Assembly: GCA_964016885.1 (NCBI GenBank)
Contig: OZ024743.1
Location: 329,902,001-329,966,000, forward strand
Direction: 5' to 3'
Length of the DNA: 64,000 bases
Origin: Eledone cirrhosa
Lineage: Eukaryota
In this document: piece by piece, positions 54,142-64,000 of the stretch
How positions within the stretch are numbered: position 1 is the stretch's first letter
Layout: the number at the start of each line of letters is the position of its first letter
Notes under the pieces: generated by a model
Told to the model about the DNA's origin: nothing
What the model saw: the letters and a program-made list of their open reading frames with translations, nothing else
Database searches by the model: none
Program-made: the position numbers and the translations under genes

Positions 54142-57100
54142 ATGTCAAACCTAAACAGTTCGAATAACGGTGAAGTGGAGACTGGAATGTCATGTGACAG
54201 ACTCTCACCCAACAGGTGCTCCCTGGTTCAGCAGCAGGGACCTGGCTGTCAACCAAATACTGCTGGTGTCGCAGGAAGAAGAAGGAAAGGGACCAGAACC
54301 AACTGGACGAAAGAATTGAATAGAACTGTTATACAATGTTACCCGAAGAGTAACCCCAAGGAGAAAGGCTATAGGAAACGGATGCATAACATCTGGAACG
54401 AGATTGGTCTATTTAAATTAGATGAACAAAAATTGGCCGGGTAGGCTCGGGTAATAAGAACTAATGGGTGGATAAGCGAGCTGGAACTGGAAGAACTGAG
54501 CAGAGAGATTAGTTTGGAGATGGAGGGTGGATTATGCCAGGCAAACGAGCCAGTGGGAAATGAAGGTGAAGAGGTTGAGAGAAGGGAGGAACCATCCGAA
54601 GCAGACAATGATCTGAATGTTGAAATAAATAATACCTGGAACAAAGATACGGCCATTGAGGAGATGAATGCTGACGGGTTAGGACAAGATTTGGTTGATA
54701 TCCTAAACTTAGTGGTAGATGAATTGAACAATGATAGTGGGAAACCTATGAACCTAAGATTTGTAGACAGGAAAAAGTTAAAAGAAACAACAGCTAAGGT
54801 AAACAAAGTCATCCCATACCTTGAGGCGAGGAGCCTTCACCAGTGCAACAATATCCTCAAAGCAGCAGCAAATGCGGTGAGGAAATTACTTGGCATAAAA
54901 GCGAGAGGAAACAACAAACAAGAAAGATCAGAACCTTGGTGGAAGAAACGACTGAATGGTCAAATCAGGGAAATGAGAAATGACATTGGAAAGCTTGAGT
55001 CCCTACTGAATGGGACACTAAAAAACATAGACACTAAAAATAAACTGGAAATAAAGTACAAAACTAGGAGGAAAATCTAAATATTATCTTAGAGGAACTG
55101 AAGCAACGCATTGTAGCAAAGAGTGCAAAGATTAGGCGATACGAGAGCAGAGTCAGTCAGTATAGACAGAACCGCATATTTGACAACAACCAGAAGATGC
55201 TGTTTGGACAGCTTGAAGGGAAAGAAAGAGGCAACGACTTGTTCCCTGAAGCGGAACAAACAGAGACATTCTGGAGAGGAATAAGGGAGCAGGATGTTAA
55301 ACATAATGACCAGGCAGTGTAGATTGAGACGGTACAAAAGGAGATTAGTGAACAGGCACACCAACAAACTGATTTGAGTATCACAGTTGAAACTCTTAAG
55401 GGGCAGGCCAAAAAAACTAACCAACTGGAAATCACCAGGCCCAGATGTTGTGCAGGGGTATTGGATTAAAAATATAACATCCCTCCACCCGAAACTGACA
55501 ACCATGTTCAATGACTGCTTGATGTCAGGTGAGGTACCAGAGTGGTTGACAAAAGGTACCAGAGTTCTGGTAATGAAAGACCGAATCAAGGGTAATGATG
55601 TTACCAACTATAGACCTATCACATGTGTGTCCGTAATGTGGAAACTGTGGACAAGCATTATGTCTGAGGAAATCTACCATCACCTCCACACAAACAACTT
55701 ATTACCGGACGAACAGAAAGGATGCCGAAAGAAGTCCCGTGGTACAAAGGACCAGTTACTTATTGATAAGATGGTAATGAGGAATTGCAAGAGGAGACAC
55801 ACTGGTCTTGCCATGGGATGGATAGACTACAAAAAGGCATTTGACATGGTGCCTCATTCTTGGATCACCAAAAGCCTGGAGATCTTCAAGGTGGCAGATA
55901 ACATCAGACAGTTGTTGGGCAAAAGTATGAAGTCCTGGGAAACAGAGTTAACATCAACTGGAGAATCCTTGGGAGGCATGAAGATCAAGAGAGGTATCTT
56001 CCAGTCTGTCCCTTCTGTTGTTTGTCCTTGCCCTGATGCCCTTGACCATTATACTGCGAAAAGTGAGAGCAGGATACAAGTTGGGAAAGGGAGAGCTTAC
56101 CATCAATCACCTCCTCTTCATGGACGATCTTAAGCTCTTCGGGAAGAGTGAGAAGGAGTTGGATGTGCTTGTTGACACTGTCCGTATTTTCAGCAATGAT
56201 ATATGTATGCAATTAGGTATTAGTAAGTGTGGAGTCCTTGTGATGAAGAGGGGTAAATTGAGCAGAAGCAACAGAATCTAGGTACCAACAGGTGAGATGA
56301 TAAAGGAAATTGACATTGAAGAGGGATACAAGTATTTGGGTGTTCTGGAGGCTGATGACATCAAGAACAAAAAAATGAAGGAATTGATAAGATCTGAATA
56401 CCTTCGGAGAGTAAGGAGCGTATTGAAGTCACATCTGAACAGTAGGAATGCCATAAGTGCAGTAAATTCCCGAGCTGTGTCTATTATTAGGTACAGTGCA
56501 GGAATTCTGAGATGGAATGTTGCTGAACAAAAAGAAATGGATAGGAAGACTAGGAAGCCATTGACTATCTACAACATATTCCACAAGAGGAGTGATGTCG
56601 ATAGACTCTACTTAAGGAGATCTGAAGGTGGAAGAGGTCTTATCAGCATAGAGGACTGTGTTCAGATGGAGAAAAACAACCTACACAAATACGTGACTGA
56701 TAGTAAGGAGCCAATGCTCAGAATTGTACTGAAGGATAGGAGAATAGACCAGGGATGTCCAAGGAGGAAATAACAACAAGGAGGAAGAACAACCTTCATT
56801 AAAAATCCTTTCATAGTACCTTCTTTGAGAAAACTGAATTCAGAGATCCACAGACATGGAACTGATTGAAAAGAGGAGACCGTAAAAAGGCTACAGAAGG
56901 AATGCTAATGGCTGCACAAGAGCAGGCCCTCAAAACGAAGTGGTTGAAACACCATATTTACAAGGAGGAGGCTAGCCCAATGTGCAGGATCTGTGGAGAG
57001 AAAGAGGAGACTGTGGCTCACATTGTATCCGAGTGTAAACACCTAGGCCAGACTCACTATAAAGGCTTGAGACATGATGTGATGAGCAGGGTGATCTACT

Positions 57101-57645
57101 GGCACCTATGCAAAGTAAACAATTTACCACATTCTGAGAAGTGATATGAGCATAAGCCAGAGTCGGTGATAGAAAACGATCAGGTGAAGGTGCTGTGGGA
57201 TTTTAGGATACAGACGGACAAGAAACTGGAACACAATAGACCTGACCTGGTGGTTGTGGACAAAGAAAAAAGATCGTGCCTGATTGTGGATGTGGCCTGC
57301 CCATTCGACACGAGAGTGTAAGAGAAGGAGAGGGAGAAAATTAACCGATACCAGGACTTAAAGTGGGAGGCAAAAAGGATTTGGAACTGCCATGAAGTCA
57401 AAGTGGTCCCGATTGTCATACGCGCACTAGGTACTATCTCAAAAAGTTTCCAGGGATGGTTAAAGAAAATTGGCCCCGCCACGCTTTTTGGAACGCTTCA
57501 AAAGGCATGCTTGCTGGGAACAGCAAGAACCCTCCGATACGTCCTGAATATCTGAGGCTGCAGGTGTGGCTTGATATTCATTTCAACAAACTTTCCAGTT
57601 AATTAACATCAATGACTGAGACTCAAAGAACAATAATAATAATAA
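54142..57645 (+). mobile_element. Near full-length Dong/R4-clade non-LTR retrotransposon, inactivated by stops and frameshifts
   Basis: N-terminal WTKELN..GYRKRM; RT motifs KSPGPD, YRPITC, IDYKKAFDMVPH, RGIFQ, LFMDD, YKYLG; zinc knuckle CRIC..H..C; RLE RPDL..IVDVACP..EK..RYQDL; TAA tail. Confidence 0.92.
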
Positions 57646-57656
57646 CATAAACATAA

Positions 57657-57706
57657 ACAGGTACTCAAGTTTCGTTGGGTTCTAGGCCCCAACTCATTCA
57701 GCCTGT
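57657..57706 (-). ncRNA. Hammerhead with 1-nt core insertion (CUGAAUGA)
   Basis: minus: ACAGG-CTGAATGA-GTTGGG..CCCAAC-GAAA-CTTGAG-TA^-CCTGT; related fragment at 13708-13726. Confidence 0.7.
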
Positions 57707-58717
57707 CATGACTAAACCCGTCCTAATCACTGAGTGCTCTTACTCTTGGACATTTCCACTTAACTTTTACTTCAGTATATATATATATATATATATATAT
57801 GATGGAGGTGTGCTTACATATTTGCCTGTCTGTATATATGTCTCATAACTTAATGGTCGACAAAAAATGACTGATCTTGCGGGATGTTTATGATTAAGTA
57901 AATCAAGACGGTGCTCCAGCATGGTCACAGTCTATTGTCTAAAACATCTAAAAGAATAAATAAGAATTAATGTGAAAGAGTGAATATATATAATTTGATT
58001 TATTTCTGTACAACATAGCAACAATGTTTCAGCACCACGAGTTTCCGGTAGTCCTCTTCAGAGAAGTATTCTGAAGACCCGTGTTAAACATCGTATGTTG
58101 TAAGAAAGGAATAAATCAACTTATATTTAAATTGTGTGTATGTGTATTAGTGCAGTCGTTAGGTAAGGGTTTCAATCCCGATTTTGAGAAATTTCTTCAA
58201 GTGCCATTTACCATAGTCTCGTGTAAAGGAATCTTGGTAGGGTAGATGGAAGATATTGGGCATCTCGTAGGATGGATTGTACCTTTAATTCAAAAAGACC
58301 AGCAGTGTCACATACTGTGTCACGCTGAATCACTTCTGAGATTAAAATTATGAGTGAACCTGACTTCGGAATACTTAGCCCCTTGTACAGGGTTTTTTTC
58401 CGTTTTATTCCCGGTTGCTAAAAAATAGGAAGATTCATCGTTGAAGTCGACGGATGTTCATTCGAGCTATCTGACGACGAAATTCATTTATTGGAAAAAC
58501 GTATTATTCTGAAGGCATTCGCCATTTTCGGGTCTCTTCACACAAATAACTCTCCAGTTATTCCATAATACAGATTTAAAACTTGCCTCGCTCTCATATT
58601 TCCCTGGAGATATTTACAGACCTTCTCTATTGCATATTCATTTACTAGTAGCAACGTAGATTTGATGCGTGCCTATATGTACTATATGCATAATTAATAT
58701 ATACAACAAACACGTGC

Positions 58718-58770
<53 letters not shown>

Positions 58771-58805
58771 TTATTCCGGGTTGAATCGTAGGTAACCACA
58801 GTAAG

Positions 58806-58867
<62 letters not shown>

Positions 58868-58910
58868 ATATATGTGTGTATGTGTGTGAGTGCGTGTTTG
58901 TGTGTATATA

Positions 58911-58971
<61 letters not shown>

Positions 58972-59069
58972 ATGTATGCATTTAAATGCTTCAATAGCTT
59001 CATTGAAATGTCATATGTACTAACACACATTTATATATATATGAAGAAAACATGCACACATGCACACAT

Positions 59070-59100
<31 letters not shown>

Positions 59101-59407
59101 CACACACACTAACAAACATACAAATATATTTTGTATGGCTGTTCGTGAAAATGCACAGTGAAATACTTAAATACACGGAGGAATTCACGCGCGCATGCAT
59201 ATATCTTCCCCACCTCCACCACCTACACATGCACACACACAGACACACACACATACACAAAGACGTAGACACACACACGCACTTATAGACACACACACAC
59301 ACACACACACTCCTCTATAATGTTGGCTGATAAACATGTGCAGGGGTGTGCATGTATAGTCAGTCATTCATTCACAAATATGCATTAACGTGTATGTATG
59401 AGTGCTC

Positions 59408-59445
<38 letters not shown>

Positions 59446-59575
59446 ACACATATACATATACATATATACATAAATACATACATAAATATACGCATCTGTG
59501 CAGGTATATGCATTGATATATGTACGCATATACACATACCCATATGTATATATCTATATACATATGCATATATAG

Positions 59576-59641
<66 letters not shown>

Positions 59642-60078
59642 TGTATATATATATGTGTGTATATGTATATGCGTACATATATCAATGCATATACATACAT
59701 ACATATGCACGTAGAGGCACATAGATACACAGAAATACAGGCCTATACATGCAGGCATTGATAAACAATAAACAAGAATTCATAAGTGCAACTATATATA
59801 TGTGTGTGTATGTGTGGCATATATATATATATATATATATATACTTCACATGTACAAGTATATTTACACATATGCTGCTTTACCCCCCCCCCCTTCTCCT
59901 CTTTCTGTTCACACACACACACATACACATGCAGACACAATTACACACACACATACACACACATACACACACATACACACGCACACACATACACATACAT
60001 GAATTATGTTTTTATTATTTTATTTGTGATATGCACATATATATATATATATATATACATATATATATACATATATAT

Positions 60079-60165
<87 letters not shown>

Positions 60166-60222
60166 CATATGTATATATATACATATATATACACACATAT
60201 ATATATATATATACATATATAT

Positions 60223-60346
<124 letters not shown>

Positions 60347-60359
60347 TATACATATATAT

Positions 60360-60432
<73 letters not shown>

Positions 60433-60436
60433 TATA

Positions 60437-60526
<90 letters not shown>

Positions 60527-60529
60527 TAT

Positions 60530-60644
<115 letters not shown>

Positions 60645-60739
60645 TTGTGAGAGAGAGAGAGAGGGAGAGAGAGGGAGTCTTGCAGACTTTCGTGAAATTC
60701 CAGCACGCAGCACTTCCAACGACACCAGCTATGACGTCG

Positions 60740-62030
60740 CCACTACCTCCGCCGCTACCTCCACCACTACCTCCACCGCCACCTTCACCGCTACCTCCAC
60801 CACTACCTCCACCGCCACCTCCGCCGCTACCTCCACCACTACTTTCACCGCCACTACCTCCACCGCCACCTTCACCGCTACCTCCAGCACTACCTTCACC
60901 ACTACCTTCACCGCCATCTTCACCGCCACCTTCACCGCCACCTTCACCGCCATCTTCACCACCACCTCCACCGCCACCTTCACCGCCACCTTCACCGCCA
61001 CCTTCACCACCACCTCCACCACCACCTTCACCACCACCTCCACCACCACCTCCACCACTACCTTCACCACTACCTTCACCGCCACCTCCACCACCACCTC
61101 CACCACCACCTTCACCACCACCTCCACCACCACCTCCACCACTACCTCCACCACCACCTCCACCACCACCTCCACCACTACCTCCACCACCACCTTCACC
61201 ACCACCTCCACCACTACCTCCACCACCACCTCCACCACCACCTCCACCACTACCTTCACCACTACCTTCACCACCACCTCCACCACCACCTCCACCACTA
61301 CCTTCACCACCACCTCCACCACCACCTCCACCACTACCTCCACCACCACCTCCACCACCACCTCCACCACTACCTCCACCACCACCTTCACCACCACCAC
61401 CACCTCCACCACCACCTCCACCACTACCTCCACCACCACCTTCACCACCACCTCCACCACTACCTCCACTACCACCTCCACCACCACCTCCACCGCCACC
61501 ACCACCACCACCACCACCACCACCACTACCTTCACCACCACCTCCACCACCACCTTCACCACCACCTCCACCACTACCTCCACCACCACCTCCACCACCA
61601 CATCCACCACCACCTTCACCACCACCTCCACCACCACCTCCACCACCACCTCCACCACCACCTCCACCACTACCTCCACCACCACCTTCACCACCACATC
61701 CACCACCACCTTCACCACCACCTCCACCACTACCTCCACTACCACCTCCACCACCACCTCCACTGCCACCACCACCACCACCTCCACCACTACCTTCACC
61801 ACCACCTCCACCACCACCTCCACCACCACCACTACCTCCACCACCACCTCCACCACCACCCCCACCACTACCTCCACCACCACCTCCACCACTACCTTCA
61901 CCACCACCTCCACCACCGCCACCACCATCACCTCCACCACCGCCACCACCACCACCACCACCACCACCTCCACCACCACCACCACCACCACCACCACCAC
62001 CATCACCACCACCACCACCTCCACCGCCAC
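60740..62030. repeat. 12-bp CCACCACCT(C/T)CA-type minisatellite
   Basis: direct reading. Confidence 0.95.
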
Positions 62031-62064
62031 CCACCGTCAACGTCCACCGTCTATCCTTCCTCAC

Positions 62065-62091
62065 CGTATCGGTGAAAAGACAGCTGAACAT
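62065..62091 (-). CDS. Possible first coding exon (MFSCLFTDT) of an unknown host gene
   Basis: GCC-ATG context followed by G|GTGAGG donor, in unique sequence between repeats. Confidence 0.25.
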
Positions 62092-62186
62092 GGCCACTAT
62101 TATAAGATCCAATTAACTATACGATGTGGGCAGATTTTTCAATGTCGCACATATACACAGTCACACAACACACACACACACACACA

Positions 62187-62690
62187 CTGACTCACACACG
62201 CGCAAACATAGACACTGACACACACACACATAGACACATGCACAAACACACATATAGATACTGACACACACACACACATAGGCACACTGACTCACACACG
62301 CGCAAACATAGACACTGACACACACACACATAGACACATGCACAAACACACATATAGATACTGACACACACACACACACACGCGCGCAAACATAGACACT
62401 GACACACACACACACATAGACAAATGCACAAACACACATATAGATACTGACACACACACACACATAGGCACACTGACTCACACACGCGCAAACATAGACA
62501 CTGACACACACACACATAGACACATGCACAAACACACATATAGATACTGACACACACACACACACACACGCGCAAACATAGACACTGACACACACACACA
62601 CATAGACAAATGCACAAACACACATATAGATACTGACACACACACACACACATAGGCACACTGACACACACACACATACTGACACACACA
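62187..62690. repeat. CA-derived higher-order repeat
   Basis: recurring CGCGCAAACATAGACACTGAC / TAGATACTGAC blocks. Confidence 0.85.
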
Positions 62691-62919
62691 CACACACGTA
62701 TACACACACACAGAGGTACATCGACACACACACAAACACACACGCACACACACACATAGACACACCCACTTGGGCACACCGACACACGCTCAAACACACA
62801 CACACACACACACACAGCCATACATACACACACACACACACACACACAACCACACACACACACACACATACACACACACACACACACAACCACACACACA
62901 CACACAACCACACATATAC

Positions 62920-63050
62920 ACACAAGCCAATCAATAAGCAGATAACAGTCTACTCCTTCCCGCTCGCCGCCATCTTTGTACCGAAATAACGCTGCTGTTG
63001 ACGGTGACGTATCATAAGCGGCCACAGCAACGCAGGCGTCTTTACACTAT
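62920..63050 (-). promoter_or_regulatory. CpG-rich promoter-like segment
   Basis: YY1-type AAGATGGCGGCG (62965-62976, minus), CCAAT, TGACGT. Confidence 0.35.
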
Positions 63051-63215
63051 ATTATTATTACAACAACAGGGCGGTGACACAACCTCAACGACAACATCAA
63101 CAACAACGTTGACGCCAACAACAACAACAACAACAACAAAAGACAACAACAAAAGACAACAACAAAAGACAACAACAACAACAACAACAACAACAGCAAA
63201 AGACAACCTTAATAA

Positions 63216-63435
63216 TAATTGTTTCTACATTTGGCACAAGGCCAGCAATCACCCAGTGTATTACTGGTACTTTATATTATCGACCCCGTAAGGATGAAAG
63301 GTAAAGTTAACCTCGGGGAGTTCAAATCCCGCCGAGGTTAACTTTGCCTTTCATCCTTACGGGGTCGATAATATAAAGTACCAGTAATACACTGGTTGAT
63401 TGCTGGCCTTGTGCCAAATCTATAAACAATTATTA
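63216..63435. mobile_element. Head-to-head SINE 3' halves in a foldback
   Basis: inverted symmetry extends into the flanking CAA/TTG repeats. Confidence 0.85.
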
Positions 63436-63439
63436 TTAA

Positions 63440-63612
63440 GGTTGTCTTTTGCTGTTGTTGTTGTTGTTGTTGTTGTTGTTGTCTTTTGTTGTCTTTTGTT
63501 GTTGGCGTCAACGTTGTTGAGGTTGTTGTTGTTGGCGTCAACGTTGTTGTTGTTGTTGTTGTTGTTGTTGTTGGCGTCAACGTTGTTGAGGTTGTTGTTG
63601 TTGGCGTCAACG

Positions 63613-63647
<35 letters not shown>

Positions 63648-63684
63648 GGCGTCAACGTTGTTGTTGTTGTTGTTGGCGTCAACG

Positions 63685-63716
<32 letters not shown>

Positions 63717-63824
63717 GGCGTCAACGTTGTTGTTGTTGTTGTTGGCGTCAACGTTGTTGTTGTTGTTGTTGTTGTTGTTGTTGGCGTCAACGTTGTTGTT
63801 GTTGTTGTTGATGTTGGCGTCAAC

Positions 63825-63855
<31 letters not shown>

Positions 63856-63899
63856 GCGTCAACGTTGTTGTCGATGTTGTTGTTGTTGTTGGCGTCAAC

Positions 63900-63930
<31 letters not shown>

Positions 63931-63938
63931 GTGTCAAC

Positions 63939-63969
<31 letters not shown>

Positions 63970-64000
63970 GCGTCAACGTTGTTGTTGATGTTGGTGTTGT
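63440..64000. repeat. (TTG)n with GTTGGCGTCAAC units
   Basis: direct reading. Confidence 0.95.

Noticed and set aside
57985-58130. Degenerate inverted repeat with CTGAAGA..GAAA
   Set aside because: Stem I does not pair; at best a decayed HHR, not counted
58470-58506. CTGACGA...GAAA
   Set aside because: Stems II and III not convincing

Overview
Repeat-saturated, AT-rich animal genomic DNA, most likely cephalopod/Octopus (inferred from the SINE families and microsatellite load). There is no intact host CDS. All long ORFs in the track come from micro/minisatellites, and real coding remnants belong to decayed retroelements: a near full-length Dong/R4-clade LINE at 54.1-57.6 kb, RTE, RTE-X and CRE fragments, and short GIY-YIG-like remnants. 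The main hidden signal is about 22 type I hammerhead ribozyme (HHR) motifs read by eye on both strands, 16 of them in the first 19 kb. They include canonical, U3:A8, U4C and 1-nt-insertion cores, mostly with the short palindromic stem III typical of Penelope-like elements (PLEs) and retrozymes. They sit in short non-coding modules joined to (TA)n, often as head-to-head inverted pairs or partial tandems. The window also holds an HDV-like ribozyme candidate, an 8.9-kb two-state 16-bp satellite, many tRNA-derived SINEs with target-site duplications (TSDs), MITEs, and a possible minus-strand promoter and first exon at 62-63 kb. All structures were folded by eye and none has been computationally or experimentally validated.
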